A stretch of DNA of 64,000 nt from the NCBI GenBank assembly GCA_947313885.1, contig CAMZNU010000009.1, positions 64,396 to 128,395 on the forward strand. Reading direction: 5' to 3'. Both the position numbers and the translations under genes were made by a program. Below the pieces are notes generated by a model. The model was not told the origin of the DNA, did no database searches, and saw only the letters and a list, made by a program, of their open reading frames with translations. Origin of the DNA: an uncultured Clostridia bacterium (GTDB lineage: Bacteria; Bacillota; Clostridia; Lachnospirales; CAMZNU01). The stretch's first letter is position 1. Every line of letters begins with the position of its first letter. Of this stretch, positions 36,995-44,821 are shown one piece after another.

Positions 36995-39532
36995 TTATGA
37001 AATATAACTTTTATCTTTTAAAATTTTAATTCCTTTTTCTTTATTAGCTTCACTAATTAAAACGACAGGACCAGTACAACCCATACCACTTTCAGCATAA
37101 ATATCCGCTTTCCATAATAATTGTACGGCATCTTCTAAATCCATAACATCTATGCCAGAAATTTCACCAGTAACAATTTCTTTAGTAGGTGGTTTAATAG
37201 TTTCATTAGAAGAAACTTTTTTTTCTACAACAGTTTCAAGACCAGAGTTATTAGCTAAGTTAACTTCATCACGTACAACTTTATTAAAGTCACCTTTAGC
37301 AAGGTTGTATGCATGAATTAAAGCATTAGCAACAACAGGAGAACCAGATGCTCTAGAAATTATACAAACTAAACGTCTATAGTTACTACTAGTACCAGCA
37401 CCATAACCATAACCAGAGGCTTCGTAGCCACCGCCTGTAGTAAATGATGAGAACATTTTCATTAAAATATTACCAGTTAATGTATCTGTAACCATAACAT
37501 CAACATTACCGCCTATTAAATCGTTACCACGCATAATTGCACCACCATCTGCTCTAACAGAAGATGAGAAATTAATGTTGTATCCGTTATCTTTAAGTTT
37601 ATTTAAAGCGATTTCAACACTACGTGAACCGTCTACATTAAGAATACCAAGAGTTGGGTTATCAATACCTAATGCTTTGGCATTTGCGATTCCATAAATA
37701 GCATTTTTAACCATAGCTTCAACACGATCCGTAGCACTAGTTCCTGTAGTAGTACCAATTAACATGTCGTTACCCATAGGCGATGTAACACGACCAACAG
37801 TAGAAACGCCGATAGGGAAGTTGTAATGTGCAGTTACACAGCCGTCTAAATATCCGCTATCTAAAAGTTCTTCCATTTTAGTGTGGGCATCTTTATCATC
37901 TTTAGTTTCAATAATTTCAAAGCTAGTGTTTTCAACTTTAGCACCGATTAAAACGATATCAAAATTTTGTGAAGATTTATAAGCTTTTAAAGCACCATCA
38001 ACTAAATTTTTAACACCAAGTTCCGAACCAAAAGTAGTTAAACCGATACGTAAACGTTTAGATGATGAAGTAGTTTGAATATTTTCTTCTACTTTTCCTT
38101 TATTTCTTTCTAGAAGTATAGAAACACCATCAAATAAGTTAGTCATACGACCAAGGAATAAACTACCTTTACCAACTATCATAGCTTTATTAATAGAACC
38201 TGTAGTTAAGTCATCGATAGCAAAACCTAAATATGGAACTCCAGATGGGATATGACCTTGAGTAGGGGCAAAACCTACCATACCATGTTTTTTAATAAAA
38301 CCTAAAAGTTCCTTACGTTCTAATTCTTTACGCATAACAGCTAAAGCACCAATCATTTTATAATTGGACTCTGGAACGTCACCAGCACCAGCGGGTTTAG
38401 TAACGTCGGGATTTTGCATTTCTACAGAATATTTATCAACGTCTGTAATTTTAAGTCCAGCGTTTTCAAGAGGTTTAGAAACTAAAGAAGTAATAACCGC
38501 TTGAGGTGCTGAGCCAGTACCAACTGTATGACGACCTACGATATCAGTATTTAGAACAGGGCTTACAAAATCATCTTCACTAATTAAACAAGCGAAGCCA
38601 CCTAAAACATCTTCTAATACAGGAATATCTTTTTTAACATGATCTTTACCGTTCATACCTAATTTAGCTGTTGCACCGCCGGCTACAACTACAACGTTTT
38701 TATAAGTTCCAGCTTTAATAAGAGAACTAGCTAGTATAAGAGAGTGGGTAGGGGCGGCACAAAATCCACGAGTATCAGAACCAGTAGCATTATTACACCC
38801 GCAAGATTCTGCGATAGCTTTAGCGAAGTTACCGCCACCACGTTGATTAGAATCACCACATGCCTCTTCCGAACACTCTATAACGTAGTCGATAGAATTA
38901 GGATTAATATTATTTTTAGCTAATAGATTTTTTAGAGCTAAAACTCCTGATGCTTTAACTACTAGATTTTCAAAAATTACATGAGCATTTAAGTTAGGAT
39001 CTATATCATGGGCTTTTTTAATACAGCCCACTAAAGTGTTTTCATAATATAAAGGTTCACCATGGGCATCTATAAATTTATTTATTTCGTCGATTTCAAA
39101 ACCATCTTTTAATTTATCAATATCACTTTTTAAAAGTGGGTGATTTTCAATAACTTCTTTAATTTTAGGAACAATGGTCTTAGATAATACTACTAAGTCA
39201 AAAACGTCTACAATTTGTAACAATCCTAAAAATTCAAGTTCAGGCATTATTTCACCAAAGCGACTAAAACGATCTTTAATAGGTGACGGTTTATCATACC
39301 AAGGTAAAGGAATTTCTTTAAGTTCTTCAGGTGTCATATTACCTATATATGTTTGGTTAGCCGAATAATTACAAACTTCATCAAATGTTCTTAAACTACT
39401 TCTAAGATTTTTCAAGTAATCAGAATCAGGGTTCGTAATTTTTTCCATAGTTTGAGTAGTACCATTATTTAAAACCATTTCTGGTGTATGAACTAATATG
39501 TATGACGCATTTTTTAAAACTGGATTAGCCAT
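36995..39532 (-). CDS. grdC: glycine reductase complex protein C, GrdC (beta) fused in frame to GrdD (alpha)
   Basis: A single 845-aa ORF. The N-terminal ~490 aa begin MANPVLKNASYILVHTPEMV (GrdC-like, thiolase/KAS-like). A linker KVEENIQTTSSSKRL follows, then about 350 aa of GrdD/PlsX-like sequence (RIGLTTFGSELG ... VTAHYNFPIGVSTVG). It is the last gene of the grd operon. Confidence 0.8.
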   Translation of the reverse strand: MANPVLKNASYILVHTPEMVLNNGTTQTMEKITNPDSDYLKNLRSSLRTFDEVCNYSANQTYIGNMTPEELKEIPLPWYDKPSPIKDRFSRFGEIMPELEFLGLLQIVDVFDLVVLSKTIVPKIKEVIENHPLLKSDIDKLKDGFEIDEINKFIDAHGEPLYYENTLVGCIKKAHDIDPNLNAHVIFENLVVKASGVLALKNLLAKNNINPNSIDYVIECSEEACGDSNQRGGGNFAKAIAESCGCNNATGSDTRGFCAAPTHSLILASSLIKAGTYKNVVVVAGGATAKLGMNGKDHVKKDIPVLEDVLGGFACLISEDDFVSPVLNTDIVGRHTVGTGSAPQAVITSLVSKPLENAGLKITDVDKYSVEMQNPDVTKPAGAGDVPESNYKMIGALAVMRKELERKELLGFIKKHGMVGFAPTQGHIPSGVPYLGFAIDDLTTGSINKAMIVGKGSLFLGRMTNLFDGVSILLERNKGKVEENIQTTSSSKRLRIGLTTFGSELGVKNLVDGALKAYKSSQNFDIVLIGAKVENTSFEIIETKDDKDAHTKMEELLDSGYLDGCVTAHYNFPIGVSTVGRVTSPMGNDMLIGTTTGTSATDRVEAMVKNAIYGIANAKALGIDNPTLGILNVDGSRSVEIALNKLKDNGYNINFSSSVRADGGAIMRGNDLIGGNVDVMVTDTLTGNILMKMFSSFTTGGGYEASGYGYGAGTSSNYRRLVCIISRASGSPVVANALIHAYNLAKGDFNKVVRDEVNLANNSGLETVVEKKVSSNETIKPPTKEIVTGEISGIDVMDLEDAVQLLWKADIYAESGMGCTGPVVLISEANKEKGIKILKDKSYIS

Positions 39533-39555
39533 TTAAATTACCTCCATTTTATATT

Positions 39556-39583
39556 AAAGCCTGTATCTTCAGATACAGGCTTT
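39556..39583 (-). promoter_or_regulatory. intercistronic stem-loop between grdB and grdC::D
   Basis: Perfect 13-bp stem aaagcctgtatct / agatacaggcttt with a 2-nt loop. On the operon (minus) strand it is not followed by a U-run. Confidence 0.5.
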
Positions 39584-39603
39584 TTTAATATTATAATATT
39601 TTT

Positions 39604-40920
39604 TTATAATTCAAAAACTGTTTGTTCTGTAACATCAATAGTTAAAGCTTCTAATGATTTTTTAACTATGTTCATTCTTACTTTATATTCATCTTCTTTA
39701 GATAAATCAGCATCACCTAAAGGATGTGGAATAGCGATAGCTGGAACTATTCTATTCGCACCTACTGTTAACGAAATTGGTACTACTGTACAAATATGTA
39801 CAACAGGAATACCAGAACGTTCAATTTCTTTTACCATCGTTGCACCGCAACGTGTACAAGTGCCTCAGGTAGAAGTTAAAATAACAGCGTCCACACCAGC
39901 ACTTAATAAATCTTGTGTAAACTCACTAGCGAAAGCTTTAGAGTTAGCAACAGATGTACCGTTACCAGTTGTTGAATAAAATATATTGTGTAAACTTCCA
40001 ATGACACCATCTTTTTCAAGTTGGCGTAAAACATCAACAGGAACGACTCTATCAGAATCGTCATTAGCATACACAGGGTCGTAACCACCGTGAGCTGTTT
40101 CAAAAGTTTCAGATGTTAAATCATTCATACCAGTAAAATCATAAGAACCGTATTTAGATGCACTAGATGATTCAACTTTATCTGGATTATTTTTAGGAAC
40201 TATACCACCAGATGTAACTATTGCAATTTTTGCTTTAGATAAATCTTTAATAGCTTTACCAGGCTCTACGTTATCGAAAGTTGGCATAGCATATTCCGTA
40301 GTAAATTTTTTACCGTTAATTTTATTTAAAAGCATATTTACCGCACGAGTAGAACCACGTTGTTCTACAAAAACGTTTTTTCTAATTCCACGAGGGAAGT
40401 AGCCTTCTGTATCTGCTGAACCTGTCATTTCACCTTTAGCTAATTTAATAGCAAATTTAGCAAGGGCTGGTGCTGCTTTACGCATACTAGCCGCCGAATT
40501 ACCAGTTGGTAAAATATAAGTATCTTTTTTAAATGAATCTAATCCTGGATTTTCTTCGTACATAGCTGTAACAGTTTTGATACCTTTTTCATTGATTGCT
40601 TTACAAACAGCACCACATGCCATACCATAACGTCCAGCATTAAACGCTGGTCCTGCTATAAATAGATCTGGTTTATGTTCTTCAACCATTTTTAAAATAG
40701 TTGATAAAGCTTCATCAGTATTTTCATTAAAATAAGAATCACCACAAATGATAGTAGCAACGATTTCGGCTTCATCGCCAAAATTTTGAGTAAGAGCAAG
40801 CCCAGGACCTACAACTTCTGTACGTACTTCTGGTTTGTAGTCTGCTTTTTCTTCGCCACCAATACCACCGTAAAACTGATTTATATAATGAACAACACGT
40901 ATTTTAGACAAGTTACCCAC
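39604..40920 (-). CDS. grdB: glycine reductase selenoprotein B (GrdB), in-frame UGA = selenocysteine
   Basis: The ORF track splits it into 39865..40920 (351 aa, ends ...AVILTST) and 39604..39837. Reading through the TGA at 39865-39867 gives ILTST-U-GTCTRCGATMVKEIERSGIP, the GrdB Sec motif. A hairpin follows the UGA. Confidence 0.9.
39838..39852 (-). promoter_or_regulatory. putative SECIS hairpin of grdB
   Basis: In the mRNA the UGA is followed by 12 nt, then CGUUGC-GGU-GCAACG (a 6-bp stem with a GGU loop). Confidence 0.55.
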
Positions 40921-40943
40921 CTCACATTTTTAGGATAGTTATA

Positions 40944-41414
40944 TTAGTATTTACCAAATTGATCTCTAATTGATTTCATTTCTTCACAAATATCGTCAAC
41001 GTCAAGAACCATTTCCATCATTCCGATTTGTTCGTCGTAGATAGAACTATCTACGGCGTCTTTAAATTCACTTTCTACTACGTGATAACAAGCGAGTCCT
41101 AACTGAACTCCTGCTAATGAACCTGCGAAAGTAGGGTCGCCATTTGTAACTGTTTCAGCTGCTAAACCAGCAGCTTCTCCTTCAGCAGCACCGATTAAAA
41201 TTATTACATTTTCAGCACCATGCTCTTCAGCGGCATTTTTAACCCTATTTTGATTTTCTAAGTCCATAGCTCCTGCAGCGGTTCAGACAAAACATTCTGT
41301 TGCAGAATAAATAATGTCTGTGTTAAGAGGTTTTAAACATTCCTCTATTGCAGGAGCTGGAATACCATCTCTGTCACCAATAATGATTACTTTTTTATTA
41401 TCGAATAATCCCAT
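40944..41414 (-). CDS. grdA: glycine reductase selenoprotein A (GrdA), in-frame UGA = selenocysteine at codon 44
   Basis: The ORF track shows only 40944..41267. Extending upstream through the TGA at 41283-41285 to the ATG at 41412-41414 (GGAG upstream) gives [55 protein letters not shown]. Confidence 0.9.
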
Positions 41415-41459
41415 TGTTTCCACTCCTTTTTAATTTTATTTAGAAATAATTGTCTTTGT

Positions 41460-42746
41460 TTAGAATTCACGAGCTGTAAGTTTATTAAACCCAAGTTCGT
41501 TAGTAGCACCAGTAATTACTTGAATTTCAGCTTCAATAGAACCGTCGCTACGTAAAGAGCCATCGAATCCACCAGCGATTTTATCAACATAATCAAGAGT
41601 ACCGATTAATTTATCCATTTTAGGTAATAAAATAACTTCGTTAGCATTTCCACCTGTAACTGTTGCATTAGCAAGAGGATCAGCATCGGCTAAAGATTGT
41701 GATAATCCGTCGCGTCCAGCATATTCATCAGTTACGATAACTGTTTTAATACCTTCTTGTTCGATTTTTTTACAGTTCATAATTAAATCTGTATCAGGAT
41801 TACCAAATCCTTCTTGAGAAATAATAACAGCATCTACACCAATAAGCTTACAAAGTTTAGCTGTAAAGTCCGATGAACGTTCTTTATCTGCTAAATATAC
41901 TGTTTCATTGGTAATTATAACACCTACAAAATTTATTTCTTTACCGTGCTTAGAATATAAATCTTTGATTATAGGGTTATTAAGATGATGATAAGTAGTA
42001 TTTTTATCACAGGCTGACACACAGTTACCGCTAGTTATAGCACCATCCATAATTTCAGTTGGGCTAAGTAGGGTAGGAATGATTTTTTTAGCATCAGCTC
42101 CGTATACATATGTATCGTGTAATAAACCTTGTGTTTGTAGCATGTAAACGTATGCAACTTTTGGTAAGTCAGGGTAATTAACAACACTTTGTGAAATAGG
42201 TAAAGTTTCATAAACTTCTACAACATCAGGTGTAATTTCTCTACCTAATTCTCCTAAATAATTAGCGATTGTTAAACCAGCAACACGTGCAGCATCTTCG
42301 TACTCATACGGTGTAAGATTGTCTACAGGTTCAATTACAAGACATACATTGAATAATTTAGAAAATGGTGTATAATCCGCACCAACTCCACACATATCAA
42401 TAATACCTTCTTGAAAACCTACAATTTTACCGCAAGTAACAACGGCACAACCAGATAAAACATGAGTTTTGCCAGAACCTACAGTGTTCATTTTAGAAAT
42501 CATACCAGGGAAAATATCCCCATTACCTTCTACTTTAACACGTGGTTCAATTACATCTTTTACAGGTGTAATTCTAGTACTGTCGTTAGGTTTTGCAATG
42601 TCAATAGTGACATTTTTAATACGTTCATCTTTTAAAACTATTTCCTTAATAGCATTAGCATTAACATTTAAAACACCGTTAACGATTTTTGATTCATCAG
42701 ATAAAACAACGTCTTTAATATTAATTCTACCAAGTTCAAGTTTCAT
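41460..42746 (-). CDS. grdE: glycine reductase proprotein GrdE (substrate-specific protein B subunits)
   Basis: 428 aa. The N-terminus MKLELGRINIKDV and overall similarity to GrdE (from memory). It lies between trxA and grdA. Confidence 0.85.
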   Translation of the reverse strand: MKLELGRINIKDVVLSDESKIVNGVLNVNANAIKEIVLKDERIKNVTIDIAKPNDSTRITPVKDVIEPRVKVEGNGDIFPGMISKMNTVGSGKTHVLSGCAVVTCGKIVGFQEGIIDMCGVGADYTPFSKLFNVCLVIEPVDNLTPYEYEDAARVAGLTIANYLGELGREITPDVVEVYETLPISQSVVNYPDLPKVAYVYMLQTQGLLHDTYVYGADAKKIIPTLLSPTEIMDGAITSGNCVSACDKNTTYHHLNNPIIKDLYSKHGKEINFVGVIITNETVYLADKERSSDFTAKLCKLIGVDAVIISQEGFGNPDTDLIMNCKKIEQEGIKTVIVTDEYAGRDGLSQSLADADPLANATVTGGNANEVILLPKMDKLIGTLDYVDKIAGGFDGSLRSDGSIEAEIQVITGATNELGFNKLTAREF

Positions 42747-42809
42747 AATACACCTCCCTTACAATAATTAGAAAATATATATTAAGAATATAAAATTCGA
42801 AATACCAAA

Positions 42810-43130
42810 TTACTTAACGTTTGTTAAAATCATTTGTTCAATGTTAGATTTAGTAGCATCTTCTTTAGTAAGAGTAGCTACTTTTTCACCGTTTTTATAA
42901 AGAATAACAGTAGGTAACCCAAGAACTTTTTGTGAAATTGCAAGGCGACGAGCTTTAGTAGTATTTAATTTAGTAAATTTAACTTTGTCGCCATGAGTTT
43001 TTGATAAATCCATAATTTCAGGAAGTAATGCTTCACAAGGAGCACAACCGTCTCCGAAATAATCAACTAAAACGAAATCCTCACAGTTTAAAACTTCTTC
43101 TTCAAATGTTTTTTTGTCTAATAAAATCAT
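42810..43130 (-). CDS. trxA: thioredoxin (grd-associated, CAPC active site)
   Basis: 106 aa. The active site reads GDGCAPC rather than WCGPC, as seen in glycine-reductase-linked thioredoxins. Confidence 0.85.
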   Translation of the reverse strand: MILLDKKTFEEEVLNCEDFVLVDYFGDGCAPCEALLPEIMDLSKTHGDKVKFTKLNTTKARRLAISQKVLGLPTVILYKNGEKVATLTKEDATKSNIEQMILTNVK

Positions 43131-43152
43131 AATATAATCTCCTTTTTAATAA

Positions 43153-44094
43153 TTATTCAAAATTTTCTTCAATATATTTTTCAGCTGTAATAGACGCAAT
43201 AGCACCATCACTAGTAGCTGTTACAACTTGACGTAAAGATTTAACGCGGATATCACCAGCTACAAAAATACCATCTATATTTGTAACCATGTTATCATCA
43301 GTTTTTAAGTAACCCCATTCCATATCAAGGACATCTGTGTATAGATGACTAACAGGATCAAAACCTATGAAAGGGAAAACTCCAAATGTGCCATCGTCAT
43401 CATGAGCGAAATGTTCATGAAGTTCATTAGATTTAACGTTTTTAAATACGATAGATTCAACGATACCATCACCTTTGATTTCTTCAACCACAGTGTCCCA
43501 AAGGAAATGAATTTTATCGTTAGCCATTGCTTTATCAACGATAGATTGAGCGGCACGTAATTTATCACGACGATGAACGATAGTAACTTTTCTTGCGAAT
43601 TTTGAAAGGTACATAGCTTCTTCAACAGCAGAGTCACCACCACCGATAACAAACACTTCAAGTTCTTCAAAAAAAGCGGCGTCACAAGTAGCACAATAAG
43701 AAACCCCTTTACCAGTTAATTCTTTTTCACCAGGGCAACCAATAAGTTTTGGAGTACCACCGTTAGCAACGATAACAGATTTAGCTTTATAAACTTTATC
43801 ATCTGTATTTACAATTTTAATTTTGTTGTTGAAGTCAAAAGAAGTAACATTACCTTTTTCGATAACAGCACCAAAATGTAAAGCTTGTTCTTTCATTCTT
43901 GAAACTAAAGTAGGACCTGTAGAATCTTTAGGTGCTCCAGGATAGTTTTCAATTTCATCGGTAATAGCAATTTGCCCACCGATGGCATTTTTTTCAAGAA
44001 TTACAACGTCAAGTTTAGAACGTGAGGCATAAAGTCCAGCCGTAAGTCCTGCTGGTCCCGCGCCGATAATAACGATGTCATAAATTTTTTCCAT
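43153..44094 (-). CDS. trxB: thioredoxin-disulfide reductase
   Basis: 313 aa. GAGPAGLTAG FAD motif, CATCDA redox centre and GGGDSAVEEA NADPH motif. Confidence 0.92.
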   Translation of the reverse strand: MEKIYDIVIIGAGPAGLTAGLYASRSKLDVVILEKNAIGGQIAITDEIENYPGAPKDSTGPTLVSRMKEQALHFGAVIEKGNVTSFDFNNKIKIVNTDDKVYKAKSVIVANGGTPKLIGCPGEKELTGKGVSYCATCDAAFFEELEVFVIGGGDSAVEEAMYLSKFARKVTIVHRRDKLRAAQSIVDKAMANDKIHFLWDTVVEEIKGDGIVESIVFKNVKSNELHEHFAHDDDGTFGVFPFIGFDPVSHLYTDVLDMEWGYLKTDDNMVTNIDGIFVAGDIRVKSLRQVVTATSDGAIASITAEKYIEENFE

Positions 44095-44103
44095 TTTGTC
44101 CTC

Positions 44104-44469
44104 CTATAAACTGTTAATGATATCAAAATCTATTAATTGAAAATCTAATAAAACTTTGTCTATATAAATAGGCGTCGGTTTATTTTTTGTGAATTTTAAA
44201 TATGTAGCTATACTATGTTCAATAATAGAAAGAGACTTCATATCTAAAGTAGAAATTTCTTTAGAAACTATTATTGACTTATAAGGTGTTTCGTTAGGCT
44301 TAATACTTCCTGATAAAGGATGTGTAAGTAAAGTATGACCTTTATGAACAAGATCGCGAACACAAGTAAGAACGTCTATATAACAATAAACATCAATAAA
44401 TTTAATTGCGTAAGAGGAATTAAGCTTTTCTAAAACCATAGGGTTGTTAGTAACAAGTAAATTGTCCAT
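44104..44469 (-). CDS. grdX: GrdX protein (small protein encoded first in grd operons)
   Basis: 121 aa. The size and its position as first gene before trxB-trxA-grdE match GrdX. Assigned from memory of the family and synteny. Confidence 0.65.
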   Translation of the reverse strand: MDNLLVTNNPMVLEKLNSSYAIKFIDVYCYIDVLTCVRDLVHKGHTLLTHPLSGSIKPNETPYKSIIVSKEISTLDMKSLSIIEHSIATYLKFTKNKPTPIYIDKVLLDFQLIDFDIINSL

Positions 44470-44481
44470 AATGCTCCTTAT

Positions 44482-44520
44482 AAAAAAATAAACAGAAATA
44501 AAGCGTAGCTTTATCTCTGT
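44482..44520 (-). terminator. riboswitch expression-platform terminator upstream of grdX
   Basis: In the mRNA, ACAGAGAUAAAGC-UAC-GCUUUAUUUCUGU (13 bp, one G-U pair) is followed by UUAUUUUUUU. It ends 12 nt before the grdX SD. Confidence 0.75.
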
Positions 44521-44543
44521 TATAAATGTATTTCAGAGTATGT

Positions 44544-44642
44544 CCGAATATTCTGATTTTGCCTGAGAAGTTCACAAAGTTAGAGCTACTAATTTTGCTT
44601 GTACCGTCGGCGACATATGTAATATGTTCTCTCAAATATCCA
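44544..44642 (-). promoter_or_regulatory. glycine-riboswitch-like aptamer (single aptamer) in the grd operon leader
   Basis: The minus-strand RNA reads GGAUAUUUGAGAGAAC-AUAUUACAUAU-GUCGCCGACGGUACAAGC...GUGAACUUCUCAGGCAAAAUCAGAAUAUUC. This closely parallels the remembered glycine aptamer core GGAGAGAAC..GUCGCCGAAGGAGCAAGC...CUCUCAGGCAAAAGGAC. Confidence 0.65.
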
Positions 44643-44821
44643 TCATCCAATATTTAAAATGTAAATTCGTCAATATTATGTAAAATAAATAAAATAAAAC
44701 AATAATATTAACTAAAATATATTCAAATAACTAATAATTGTTAAATAAATATTTTATACAATAAATATAACATAAATATTTTATAAATGTCAACATAAAA
44801 CAAGTGAAAATTATATAAAAA

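Noticed and set aside
39604-41414. Split or truncated grdB and grdA ORFs could be read as pseudogenes
   Set aside because: The interrupting codons are TGA at exactly the conserved selenocysteine positions (ILTST-U-GTC and ECFV-U-TAAG). In addition, selA, selB, selC and selD are encoded alongside.
36995-44469. Higher-GC look of the grd operon as evidence for horizontal transfer
   Set aside because: The composition shift is modest and is what one expects for highly expressed, highly conserved enzyme genes in an AT-rich genome. No flanking mobility genes or direct repeats were found.
44447-44650. 67-aa ORF upstream of grdX
   Set aside because: It overlaps the riboswitch-like aptamer and terminator, has no SD, and runs through the grdX start region.
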